A stretch of 64,000 nt of DNA from Haliotis rufescens (lineage: Eukaryota). Under the pieces are notes generated by a model. That model saw only the letters and a program-made list of their open reading frames with translations. It made no database searches and had not been told where the DNA came from. Position 1 is the stretch's first letter, and each line of letters opens with the position of its first letter. Made by a program: the position numbers and the translations under genes. The stretch spans positions 31,310,001 to 31,374,000 of the forward strand of contig NW_025963780.1 of the NCBI RefSeq assembly GCF_023055435.1, given 5' to 3'. Shown in pieces: positions 46,447 through 58,890 of the stretch.

Positions 46447-48793
46447 GTTCCAGATGTAGCAAATTGAAGCATTGAGATCTGGTTCAGAATTTCAGCCATC
46501 AAATGCATCAATGGTAGTCAGTGGGAACTGCCATCATTGGATTTTTACTTGTCCTCAGCACAATTTAGTGGTCTCGGGCTCGGGCTCGGACAAGCATGAA
46601 TTTTGAAGGCTGTATCGATCTGATTCAAAGAATCTCCATTTTAATGCCACACAGGGTTTCTCAAAAGTCTGACCACACAGACAGCTGCAAGGAGGAGATG
46701 TTACTACACTTTATGTGTAAAACATTCTCAGAGAAATCTTACATGCCAGACAGACTTGGAAGAGCCCAGTATGTGGCGTTTACCATGTCTAGAATAGGGT
46801 GTACATGTTCCTTACCATGACATCCCAGCACAAACAGTTTGAAAATAAACACCATGTCTTTGACAACTGGACCTGTGGATCGGCATTAACCATGCGTCAT
46901 TATCAACAGCAGGGGTGGAGGGAGTGCTGGTCGTCCAGTGAGCTGTGTATGCTTGACAGTCTCTGTGGGACAAAGAATCTGTGATTAATGTGTCAGCAGT
47001 CGAAGACAGATAACCGTATACAATCAATTCACTACTGGGAACCGCTACAGTGTATGTGGAGAGGATGTATGGATTCCAACTTCTTCATGAACTGTAAAGG
47101 CAACATTTCGGTAAAGTGTAACCTTAGGTTCCGGGTACTTTACCCTTCTACCTTTGGTCACTGACATCAATCACTGGATTGTCTGGTCCAGATTCGATTA
47201 TTTACAGGCACTGTCATATTGCTGGAGTAGTGCTGAGTGCTGCATTAAACAACAAACAAACAAAACGAGTCAATACACCAGCTGACACCGGCAGTTAATA
47301 ACACCATCCATAAGGCTGTTTCGGTGTAAGTATACAACTGTTTAGATAATTGAGTCGCACCTACTTGTTGTAAGCTTGTTTACAGTATTTTTAATTCTCT
47401 TATTACATATGCTGAATTTTTCATCAAAAGAAGTATCCTTTCAACTCCCTTCATCCATATTTTTAACTGAGGTGTATGTGAAATCTGTTTCAATGTTTAT
47501 TTTTAACATATTGATGATGACGGTCTTGAATGTGATATGCACTGTACATTATGAACACTCTGATTTTGATGCTATATTTTTCTAATTGAATAAATGAGAG
47601 AAAAAACTATATTGTTTGTGTATGGTTTTATTGTTCAGCCAAACTGTGACTGTCCTGTGATTGTGAGCAAGTTGGTGTTGATGATGTTTTACACTGCAGT
47701 CAGCAATTTTCCACCAGCCACATGACACAGGCTGCAGTCTTAACAATAGACAGATATTTAGTCCCAGAAATAAAGTTATCTTATTTAAAAATATGTATCT
47801 ACAAAATTTTAAAAATATTCCAAATGGAGCCCTAAACAATTCTTCCTACAGAAAATTACAAGATAATAGTAAATAGCATAGTGATTTTTTTTTTCATCGC
47901 ATTGTGCTCAGTTACTAGGAAAAATCCCTAAAGATGGTTATGATCATTTCTAGAACTACTAATAAAGATGTGTTACTGTTGCTGGGCAACCTGCAAGACA
48001 ACACTTGCAGTCAATTCTGGAACATTAAGAAGTCTTACCTCTATACTAAAGGCCAGATTATATCAAATGCCTTCCATCACGAGAATTTGGAATGACTCTA
48101 ATGTTAACCTTAAATGATAAGGCTTGTCAGTGATACCATAATATCATTAGGGTTGGACATTGTTTCCTTTTTAAAATTAAATTGATTTAACATAGTTCAG
48201 TCATAATCATAGTACGACCGACCCAGTGACTGAGTGATCAGAGCTCGCCAGTGAGTGCTGTTCAGTGGAAACAGACTTCAGTCACCTCACCACTAATCCG
48301 TGACTAAAACAACATTCAGTCGAGTGGGAACAAACCGTCGTCAGTCAGTCAGAGGATTTTATGACGCTTCTGTGACTATGAATAAAACCTTTTGACAACG
48401 TCAGTGCTCCAGACAACCCTCTGGTTCACTGCTCCGAAGCTGAGCACTGGAAGACACACCTGTCAGAAACACCATGCACCCAGGCAGCGTGAATGAAGTA
48501 AAGAGGTACTTCATAGCATAACATACACGTGTCCTGGTGTTCTATTTCGTTTCTCTATCCCTTCTGGCTGTCGATTATTAATGTTGTAACTATTATACAG
48601 ATAATGGTCCAAATTGGACTTGTACCAACTCCGTTTCACTATTGTGAACGAATTTTGTGTAAAACAAATAATGTAAAGATATTTTTTGTCCACCAATGTA
48701 AAAACAGGTATTATATATAATTAAGTTAATCTAACAGTATACTCGCATGAGTCAAAGTTGCTGACACTTCACCAGTATTAGTCAAAGCAGAGA

Positions 48794-48964
48794 GTGAGTG
48801 AGTGAGTGAGTATGGTTTTACGCCGCTTTTAGCAATATTCCAGCAATATCACGGCGGGGGACACCAGAAATGGGCTTCACACATTGTACCCATGTCGGGA
48901 ATCGAACCCGGGTCTTCGGCGTGACGAGCGAACGCTTTAACCACTAGGCTACCCGACCGCCCCC
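48794..48964 (-). mobile_element. SINE family 1, near-consensus young copy
   Basis: TSD aaagcagaga. Confidence 0.92.
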
Positions 48965-49767
48965 AAAGCAGAGACTATGACATATTTTATGGTCTCTGGT
49001 AAAAGTAGCTATCATCATCATCATCATCATCATCTATATCATCATCGTCTTCGTCGTCGTTGTTGTTGCTGTATACACTTATATACCGTAGGTATCCAGG
49101 TACTAGTATCTGTTCAAATGCGGTTTTATTTGTTTCCCAATCAGTGGTTCCGTTTGCATTTCAGTTATCATTCTCAACTCCCTGGGGAGTATACAAGCAA
49201 GCTGCGTACGGGCGCTAGAGGGTTTTTGAATCCACCTGACATATCGGGTACCCATTCCCTGCTGGAAAGCCACGTTCCCTCCATTGTGTTTCGTATCGAA
49301 ACACCGATCAAGTCAGTTGAAATATCCAACAGCTTCAATCACACAACCAACACTGTCTTACATGTAGCCGCCCGAAGTGTTCTGATAGATCAAGCCTGAA
49401 CCAGTGCACATTATCTGTTCCGATCGTTTTTTAAAAGAAATGCATTATCATTTTACTCTGATACTGGCATTAACATATTTGCCCATCCATTACATTGTAT
49501 TGCTTTCTGCTGTGTCGACATGAAGCACACAACGCTGTAGACATTGAGAGCCAGTGTTAAATTAACGGACGTCATCTATCCAGCTAAAGGCATGACGAGT
49601 CTCCACAATAACGTATCGACTGTCGAAGGGTGTCAATTATGTCGCTATAATCAGAGCAAGTGTAATTACACGTGTAGCGACAGATAATAAGATCTATTGA
49701 CGGACAGAGTATGCACTGATATGAGACCCGACCGGATCAGCAGTCAGGCTGCGTCGTCGTACCCGTG

Positions 49768-50022
49768 ATGCGATTCGCTGTGCAGAGTTGCGTCCCCTGG
49801 ACACGCCAGAAACCTATCAGTGTGGGTTCGAATCCCGGTTCGCCCCGATTATGTTTCTAGGTTTGTCAGCACCATACCCGTACTCGTGGGTTTCACCGAA
49901 GTGGTAAACGTCTCATACCTGCATCACTTCGGGTTTTCCTTCCACATTAAGCTGACATGCCGTGATATAACTGGAATACTGTTAAAAGCGGCGTTAAACC
50001 CAACTCACTCACTGACTCACTC
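49768..50022 (+). mobile_element. SINE family 2, 5'-truncated
   Basis: Present in duplication unit 1 only. Confidence 0.85.
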
Positions 50023-51277
50023 AAAGACATTGACATTCTTATGAGATCCACCCATGGCCATCTGCATGACCTGCTAACCACACCAACTATCCTATCAACT
50101 TCTACTCGTATCAACCTATAGGTACCATCCAGGCAGACGCTGTATTCCCTGTACCACGAGGGCGATCAATGTGGCTGAGAGTATGTGAGGGTAATAAATA
50201 TGATAACGCAGGCCATTAAGATTTTGTATCTACACTTATCACGAAGCATCTTAAATTTAGGTCTATTCACAATTTAAAATCAATATGCCCATCCCGCCCA
50301 TTAGCAACGACACCATTGCGTTGATTATGTATGTAATATAATAGATTTGTGACAGAAACAAGCGTTTGCAGAGATAGGATAAGTGTATCGAGTTGTATGG
50401 TCCGGAGTTTCTATTGTGCCGCATGCAATTGTGCAAATAAGTTTGATCAATTAAAAAAAATAGAAAATCTCTTCAGTTATGTGGAAATATTTTATCTTCA
50501 CAGTTGTTGGTTGTGGAGCACATAACGGAGTGTTCGGTATGTTAGCAACGGAAACAACAGATAGAAACAGATCAATCATCTCAGTCCATTAGCAGAGAGG
50601 CGGTTGAGGTATTACCAGTCATTTACAAACTGAGCAGTGTTAATTCATTGATTTAGTTGTAATATATAGTTTAAAAGCAATTGGTCGGCACTTACATGAC
50701 AGAAGAAATGACAGCGCTGGAGCAACTGGGAGAACCTGTGTTAGCCACGGTCTCTTGCAGGTAGAATCTGAGTGTTTTTCTGGTGTGACCTCGGTCAATG
50801 CTGGGGACATTGTATCTCTTCTGAAAGTGTTCCTGGTGTTGGCTTCCGCCTTGGATGAAGACCGAATTTCTCTTGAAGGTGTTGCTTGGCATGAGACTGA
50901 ATATCGTCTTTTGTTGATGGAACTGTTTTGAAGGTCCCTCTGAACCTACTTCTGGTGTGGATCTCCGTCTTTGGGTTGAGAAAAGACTCACCCTACTGTG
51001 TGTATTGCAGATTTACAGTCCACTGTGGACGCCATTGCTCGGAAGGAGACCTCCGCCTGGCTATACTGACGCTGTGGTGGCCAACATCGGCAATAAACAC
51101 CTGTGTTATGTGCTGCATATAGGACTCTCGAACCTTGTAGAATAGACAGCTGTAAAACAAGTACCTGTATCATACGCTTACACATTGCGTTCATATAGGA
51201 CATTGAATCTGGATCATCCACAACAACATATCACGCCCTAATTGTTTAAAAATTCTGATTTCGATTTTGATGAAAAC

Positions 51278-52411
51278 ATGCAGAGTCTTCTATTCAACTA
51301 TGCTGCTTTGATGTTGTCCGTGGTGTTTTTGTTGAGATGTTGCTGCTGTGAACCGGACCCTGAGAGACGGCGACAGCAACGACTGAAGCAGGATCTCCTG
51401 TACAACTACTCCACCACGGTGTCGCCCAAAGGGATGGCAGGTCGGGTCATGGTCTCTGTGTCTTTCGCTCTCATAGCTGTGATAGCCGTGGAAGAAGCCA
51501 ATCAGATATTCCGCGTAAGTGGCGCTCTGACTATGTCTTGGACGGATCTGTGGTTGACATGGGACAGGAGCAACGGTATCGAAGACCTTGAATTTGAACC
51601 TGAGGAGATATGGACCCCAAATTTTGTGATTGCAAACGGTGTAGGTAGCAAGATTTCCTCTTTGTCCGCAAGTATGCCAATCTCCGTTCACCCTTCTGGC
51701 ACGGCAATGATGTTCATGATAAATGAATTTGAGACAATTTGTAATTTGGATGTGGTACGTTATCCCTATGATGAACAGGTGTGTCGCATAACGGTTATCA
51801 GTTTGTTAAACTCCTCAGATTTTGGACTGGGAAATCAAGAATATACCAACATCTTTTCTACATACTTTACTGGTAGCAGTGAATGGGAGTTGGTTAACAA
51901 AACCTTTAGCGTTAAACGAGTCGCTGATCGTATTCCGTACGTTGACCTCGAATTCCGACTACGGCGTCACAGCACCTTCTACACCCTAAGCGTCATCTTT
52001 CCAATGTGTCTTCTCTCCTTCCTCAACGCCTGTGTATTCCTGCTGCCCGCGGCCTCAGGGGAGAAGGTCTCCTTCCTCGTCTCCATCTTCGTGTCCGAAG
52101 CAGTGTTCCTCAACTACATCAATGACGCTATCCCCAAGTCCGGCAATGCCTCTCGCCTCACCATCTATCTGGTTCTGCTTCTGTCACAGAGCGCTCTGGC
52201 TCTGCTCGCCACTCTCCTGGTCATAAACACTCACCATCGACAGGGGGCGTTGCTTTGCCGCCTCCGTAAGAAGATCGCAGTTCAAAGCTCAAGCCCATTT
52301 GAGAGAGGCGATGACATCAAGAACGATGAAGTAGCAGACAGACTCGATAAAATTATGTTTGTCCTGTTTGTGTTGATGGCCGCACTCTCAATACTTGTGT
52401 TTCGTATATAG
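51278..52411 (+). CDS. Intronless Cys-loop ligand-gated ion channel subunit (divergent nAChR-like, non-alpha), copy 1, 377 aa
   Basis: AAAC-ATG start, signal peptide, LLYNY..P, WTD..LTW, IWTPN, Cys-loop CNLDVVRYPYDEQVC, SSEWEL, M1-M4 with GEK before M2, short M3-M4 loop. Confidence 0.93.
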   Translation: MQSLLFNYAALMLSVVFLLRCCCCEPDPERRRQQRLKQDLLYNYSTTVSPKGMAGRVMVSVSFALIAVIAVEEANQIFRVSGALTMSWTDLWLTWDRSNGIEDLEFEPEEIWTPNFVIANGVGSKISSLSASMPISVHPSGTAMMFMINEFETICNLDVVRYPYDEQVCRITVISLLNSSDFGLGNQEYTNIFSTYFTGSSEWELVNKTFSVKRVADRIPYVDLEFRLRRHSTFYTLSVIFPMCLLSFLNACVFLLPAASGEKVSFLVSIFVSEAVFLNYINDAIPKSGNASRLTIYLVLLLSQSALALLATLLVINTHHRQGALLCRLRKKIAVQSSSPFERGDDIKNDEVADRLDKIMFVLFVLMAALSILVFRI

Positions 52412-52502
52412 CATAACATACAAGTCACTGTGGTAACATGATAAACGTTTGGTTTTTAACATTTCATTATACAATTGCTGGTGGCCAGATTTTAATAATA
52501 AT

Positions 52503-52959
52503 ATTTCTGAATTTTTTGTCCCTTTGAACACTAATGTGATTGACAAGATTCAGAAAAAAACATGGCAAATATGCAGACCCCGCTTTCCAAATGTAACGCT
52601 TGCATCTCGAGTATCAAGTTGTCCGACTCCCCATTGTTCTCGGTGCCTTAGATTTGGAACATCCCGATTATTGTACCGACATTGGGAGAGTACACGGGTT
52701 TGCTACCAAGAATACAACCCTTCTAACAATCTGGGTAATGCAGAAGGCTGCAGTGTTTGGGAGTCTTCACATTCTCCGAAAAGTTCTTGGTGGGTTTCTT
52801 TAGGGAGCGCTTCCTGGGAGGAGTCACATTCGCTGTCTGGGCTGCGTGTAGAGGGACAAGGGCCCTGAGCTGGTGATGAGCCTAACCAGTCTCTCTGTGC
52901 CAGGATCACCCTCTTTGCTGCTTTTATTCTTTTAATCTGTAAATGATAATAATAATAAT
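52503..52959 (+). mobile_element. 5'-truncated R4/Dong-type (restriction-like endonuclease, RLE) non-LTR retrotransposon fragment
   Basis: Degenerate translation VP..TNVIDKIQKK.GKYAD.AF.M*RL..YQVVRLPIVLGAL...MQKAAVFGSLHILRKVL resembles the RLE C-terminus; (TAA)n at both ends. Confidence 0.75.
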
Positions 52960-53436
52960 GCCCAAATGACAACTTTTGGTACTTTACGTGATGTAAATAC
53001 TTTGTAAAATATGCTTACATTAATACGATGTTATGACGAAGACCATTGTGAACACGACACTAAAAGCCACGTATGCTTTAAAACTGTTTGAACTCGATTG
53101 CTGCACGTGTTCCAAGTACTCTGAATAACAACGTGTGTTCGTGTGTAGTGTATATGTATTCAGTATCAGATATGTCGTCTCAGTTTGATTGAGTGTCTAG
53201 AAGTTGTTGTTTTTTTAAAATTTTGTAATATTGTGACTTGCTGGCCATCCACTATTGTCAGTATTTTCAACATAGTATATCATTTCACATTACACTTGAA
53301 CAATTTGTAATTTGACATTTCTCTTAAGCAAGGTAGTAAATACTTTCTGTACTGCCTTTTCTTTTAAAGAGGTGTTCTTTTGCCACAAGGAATGGATTTA
53401 TTAGTAAGTATTGCGATAAGCCAAAGAGCAATATTC

Positions 53437-54645
53437 ACACGGTCAGTGCAGAAGTTAGTGTTGTCAGTGGGTACAGAACCTCACGTCACACAATAACTGG
53501 CGAATATAATGTTGTCATAGGTACAGAGCCTCACGTCACACAATGAGTGGAGACGATTGTGTTGTGAGTTGGTATAGAACCTCACGTCACAGAGTCAGTG
53601 CAGAAGATAGACGTGTTGTCAGTGGGTAAAGAACCTCACGTCACACAATCAGTGGCGAAAACAGTGTTGTCGGTGGGTATAGAACCTCACGTCACACAGT
53701 CAGTGGAGAAGATAGTGTTGTCAGTGGGTATAGAACCTCATATCACACAGTCAGTGGAGAATATAGTGTTGTGTGTGGGTATAGAACCTCACGTCACACA
53801 GTCAGTGGAGAAGACAGTGTTGTCAGTGGGTATAGAACCTCATATCACACAGTCAGTGGAGAATATACTGTTGTGAGTGGGTATAGAACCTCACGTCACA
53901 CAGTCAGTGGAGAAGACAGTGTTGTCAGTGGGTATAGAACCTCATATCACACAGTCAGTGGAGAAGATAGTGTTGTGAGTGGGTATAGAACCTCACGTCA
54001 CAGAGTCAGTGCAGAAGATAGTGTTGTGAGTGGGTATAGAACCTCATATCACACAGTCAGTGGAGAAGATAGTGTTGTCAGTGGGTATAGAACCTCACGT
54101 CACACAGTCAGTGCAGAAGATAGTGTTGTCAGTGGGTATAGAACCTCATATCACACAGTCAGTGGAGAAGATAGTGTTGTTCGTGGGTATAGAACCTCAT
54201 ATCACACAGTCAGTGGAGAAGACAGTGTTGTCAGTGGGTATAGAACCTCACGTCACACAGTCAGTGGAGAAGATAGTGTTGTCAGTGGGTATAGAACCTC
54301 ACGTCACACAGTCAGTGGAGAAGACAGTGTTGTCAGTGGGTATGGAAGCTCACGTCACACAGTCAGTGGAGAACATAGTGTTGGCAGTGGGTATAGAACC
54401 TCACGTCACACAGTCCGTGGAGAAGATAATGTTGTCAGTGGGTATAGAACCTCATGCCACACAATCAGTGGAGAAGATAGTGTTGTCATTAGGTATAGAA
54501 CCTCACGTCACACAATCAGTGGAGAGGATAGTGTTGTCATTAGGTAAAGAACCACATGTCACACAGTCAGTGGAGAGGATAATGTTGTCATTAGGTATAG
54601 AACCACATGTCACACAGTGGAGAAGATCGTGTTGTCAGTTGGTAT
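53437..54645. repeat. 51-bp minisatellite
   Basis: agtcagtggagaagatagtgttgtcagtgggtatagaacctcacgtcacac. Confidence 0.95.
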
Positions 54646-54796
54646 AGATACAAAGAACTGTTACAGAAGTACAATCATTTGATCGTCTGTTCTTTAACTA
54701 CTATCTAAGGGCAATCCCGAAGTTAGATTTCTTCTTGATACGTATAAATTCATACAACGATCTTACTGTTAGCAGTTTGGCTTCATATTTAAACAA

Positions 54797-54913
54797 AGTG
54801 GTAAACGTCTGAGACCTGCACCACTTCGGGGTTTTCCTTTACATGAAGCTGACACGTCGTGATATAACTGGAATACTGTTCAGACCGACGTTAAGCCCAA
54901 CTCACTCACTCAT
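54797..54913 (+). mobile_element. SINE family 2, 3' fragment
   Basis: aagtggtaaacgtctgagacctgc...cccaactcactcactc. Confidence 0.78.
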
Positions 54914-55692
54914 TCCATGGCGTATAATGATCCATACACAGGTAATAATGCATGATAAGTTCCATACATACCATGTCGATGACACAGGTGAAGCATCTGT
55001 TTGCTACTGCACCCAAACCATCATGGTGCCACTTTGGTAGCATAATTATTTTTTTACATCGAAATTTATCGTTACATCAATTATTTCTGTACTTTTTCGA
55101 ACTTTCGATTTCTTAAACTTGGTATACTATGAAAATAATCGAAATGAAGAATAAGGAATCGAAATTTAAAAACAACAACTATACCACCAAAAGTGGCAAC
55201 GTAAGGCTTTCGTACAACTGTGCAGACGAGTACGTGACACCGCGAGATTACTTCAGTTGAATAAATTGTAATGCAAACTCCGGAGTTAATGGCACATGGG
55301 TCCAAGTCTCAGACCTATGCAGAGAAATTATCTATGACTTGAGCGTATCGTCTATTAACTTCTCTCTCTAATAGCACACGTCGATCACGCGATCACTTAA
55401 CACAAAAACGTGTTTGCATTACAATCAGATTGATGTAGACATACAGAACCTCTACCGCTAGAGAACAGTGTCTGTTTAATACTTGAATCCCTTTCATTTC
55501 TACCACGTTGTATCAAGATGGAGTTACATATGATAAGCCAATATGCGTACTCGTTATGTATAATTCCGGACTCGTTGCCATGGTTTCTTTGTTGTAAGCG
55601 TAGGTGTTTGGGCCGATACAGCTGTCGTTGTCAGGGAAAGGCTTAGGTGCGTCACTGATGTATCTACACTTTTCACTGACACGTGTCATGAT

Positions 55693-55965
55693 TTGTTTGT
55701 TTATTTGTTTGTTGTTTAACGCCGCACTCAGCAATATTACAGCTATATGACGGCATTCTGTAAATAATCGAGTCTGGACCAGACAATCCAGTGATTGATA
55801 TCATGAGCATCGATCCACGTAATTGGGATACGATGACATGCATCAACCAAGTCAGCGAGCCTGACCACCCGATCCCGTTAGTCGCCTCGTACGACAAGCA
55901 TAGTCGCCTTTTAAGGCAAGCATAGGTTGCTGGAGACCTATTCTACACCGGATCTTCACGGGTCG
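55693..55965 (-). mobile_element. SINE family 3
   Basis: Near full-length; flanks acacgtgtcatga / acatgtgtcatga resemble a TSD. Confidence 0.82.
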
Positions 55966-56589
55966 ACATGTGTCATGAAAGAATGCTATATGCATTTGGG
56001 GGCATTAAACTCACCCTAAAAGTAATGAACAGTCCCTCTTTTCCTTTTTTTAATTAAAGCATAAAGTTTAAATATATGATCCGATAAGAACTTTTCCAAA
56101 AATACACATAAGGGAAACACCGACATCGGATAATGGAGACATAATGAGAATCGGGGCTCGTTGATTCCACTTCAAGAACCCATATGTTCGAGTGTCATGG
56201 CTGATATAATATTTCTCGATAATTTGCATAATGACCTATAGTTGCATCAGTTTCACGTGCATAATATTTGTTAATTCTGTCTAATGTGACCAAACGCTCT
56301 ATAATACACCAGTTACAATATAGTTTTATAATAGCAACAGCACAAGGTTTTCACTGAATATTTGAACGGTTTAGCAGAATGGATATTAATCAGTTTATCG
56401 TACTGGTACGTTAAGCACTGATGTTCCTTTACGTGAAAATATGATACAAACAAAATTGCTCATTGAAAGGACAAGGAATTTTTCATCAGTTTGTTTAAAA
56501 TATTTCAAAATATTATATCGCTTAATAATTAGAAAATACATATTCAGTGTAAAACTAGATAGTGTAGACATTTGAGTGATACGTGACGT

Positions 56590-56727
56590 GTCTTGTTTGT
56601 TGATGTTGTTGTTGCACTTTGTTGATGTTGTTTGTTTCTCTTTGTTGGTGTTGTTGTTGTTGCACTTTGTTGTTGTTGTTTGTTTCTCTTGTTGATGTCG
56701 TTGTTGCACTTTGTTGTTGTTGATGTT
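56590..56727. repeat. (GTT)n-rich compound repeat
   Basis: Direct reading; source of the Q/T/N-rich spurious ORFs. Confidence 0.85.
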
Positions 56728-56835
56728 TCAGCTCCACGACGATGACCTGTAACGAATCGGTTCTGGAACAGACTAAAAAGGTCATTGATAGTGTGATCGA
56801 CGATCCTCGCCGTGGGGATACAATACCAAGCTTTC

Positions 56836-57087
56836 AGACCCGTTAAGATCCGGAGTAGAGTAGGTCCCCAGGAACCCATGCTTGCCGTAAAAAGCGACTG
56901 TCTGTTGTAAGTGGTGACAAGGGTTACGGGTGGTCAGGCTCGCTGTCATCAATCCCAATCCCAATCGATGCTTATGGTGTCAATCACTGGATTGTCTGGT
57001 CCAAACTCGATTATTTACAGACTGCCGTCATATAGCTGTAATATTGCTGAGTGCGGCGTTTAACAACAAATCCAACAAAGAAACAAA
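56836..57087 (+). mobile_element. SINE family 3
   Basis: gacccgttaagatccgg...; flanks aaagctttcag. Confidence 0.78.
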
Positions 57088-58467
57088 GCTTTCAGCCAAG
57101 TCGCGGGGGTAGTTCATACCCGAGCGCGTGAATTTACGCAAGTGATAAACATTGAGGACATGCGTGCTTTGGGCTTTCGTCCAACATAAGCTGACACATC
57201 ATAGCGTAATTATATCACATATTCCACTCTGCTGCACGTGGTAACTGACATCAAATGGCCTCACATTGCTGCCAACGTGTCGCCTACACGTGCTGTATAA
57301 CTCCGAACAATGATGTTTGTCAATTAGAGAAATCTTACATGCCAGACAGACTTGGAAGAGTCCAGTATATGGTGTTAACCCTAGAATAGGGTGTACATGT
57401 TCCTTACCATGACATCCCAGCACAAACAATTGGAAAATAAACACCATGTCTTTGAGGAACATGGAACGATGCTAAACAAACCTGACAATGGACCTGTGGA
57501 TCGGCAGTAACCATGCGTCATTATCAACAGCAGGGGTGGAGGGAGTGCTGGCTGTCCAGTGAGCTGTGTATGCTTGACAGTCTCTGTGGGACAAAGAATC
57601 TGTGATTAATGTGTCAGCAGTCGAAGACAGATAATCGTATACAATCAATTCACTACTGGGAACCGCTACAGTGTATGTGGAGAGGATGTATGGATTCCAA
57701 CTTCTTCATGAACTGTAAAGGCGACATTTCGGGATAGATTCATGACATCAATCACTGGATTGTCTGGTCCAGATTCGATTATTTACAGGCGCTGTCATAT
57801 AGCTGGAATATTGCTGAGTGCTGCATTAAACAACAAACAAACAAAACGAGTCAATACACCAGCTGACACCGACAGTTAATATCACCATCCATAAGGCTGT
57901 TTCGGTGTAAGTATACAACTGTTTAGATAATTGAGTCTCACCTACATGTTGTAGGCTTGTTTACAGTATTTTTAATTCCCTCATTACATATGCTGATTTC
58001 TTCATCAAAAGAAGTATCCTCCCCCCCCCCCCCCTTCATCCATATTTTTATATTGATGGTGATTGTTGCTATATACAGGACGGTATTGGATGTGATATGC
58101 ACTGTACATTATGAACACTCTATTTTTTTCTAATTGAACACTGCTATATTTTTCTAATTGAATAAATGAGAGAAAAAACTTTTTGAGTATGGTTTTATTG
58201 TTCAGCCAAACTGTGACTGCCCTGTCATTGTAAGCAAGTTGGTGTTGATATCGTTTTACGCTGCAGTCAGCAATTTTCCACCAACCACATGACACAGGCT
58301 GCAGTCTTAACAATAGACAGATATTTAGTCCCAGAAATAAACTTATCTTATTTAAAAATATGTTTCTACAAAATTTAAAAAAATAATCCAAATGGAGCCC
58401 AGAACAAGTCTTCTTACAGCTGCGGCAATCTAGACTTGCCAGATCATTCTAGACTTGAGTTTGACTC

Positions 58468-58890
58468 CTTTTTTAGCTCACTGGGTCCGAAGTACCAAGG
58501 TGAGTTTATGCCATACCATGGCGTCCGTCATTCGTCTGTCGTCCGTCCGTTTACAATATATTCAAACGACTTCTTCTTCTGAACCACCAATCGGAAATTA
58601 ACGAAATTTGACTGGAGCCAACCCTAGGTGGTGGGGATTCAAAATTGTACAAATGGGTGGGCTGACCCCCAAGGGGCTGAGGGACAGGGCCAAATTGGGG
58701 TAATTTGGCGATATTGCTTTAAACAACTGGAACAACTCTTATCTGGAACTAAGAAATAGATATCAACAATTTACAGTTGAACTAATGGAAGGGCTGATCA
58801 ACCCTCAAGGGATGGAGTAAAATAGGGGTAATTTGGCGATATTGCTTTGAACGACTTCTTCTCTGGAACTAAGAGACAGATATCAACCTT
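58468..58890 (+). mobile_element. Helentron-associated (HINE/DINE-1-like) non-autonomous element fragment
   Basis: tttttagctcac...gtgagtt hairpin, then a (CGTC/TGTC) microsatellite, then internal repeats ggggtaatttggcgatattgcttt...ctggaactaaga. Confidence 0.6.

Larger units (their letters stand above)
46730..54645 (+). repeat. Segmental duplication unit 1 (receptor cassette)
   Basis: Colinear high-identity match to 57326-64000 starting at agagaaatcttacatgccagacag; differs by blocks at about 47835-49365 and 49762-50182. Confidence 0.9.

Noticed and set aside
49175-49270. Possible Deu/Nin-type SINE remnant (ctccctggggag...ggtacccatt)
   Set aside because: Too short and degenerate to support without a database search.
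50692-51221. Coding-looking ORFs upstream of each receptor copy
   Set aside because: No recognisable domain. Conservation reflects the recent duplication, and the best plus-strand frame has a stop in copy 2. Possibly decayed transposon or UTR; a BLASTX search would decide.
51242-51277. TTG start given in the ORF track for the receptors
   Set aside because: This is a eukaryotic gene; the ATG at 51278 (and 60400) has good context and begins the signal peptide.
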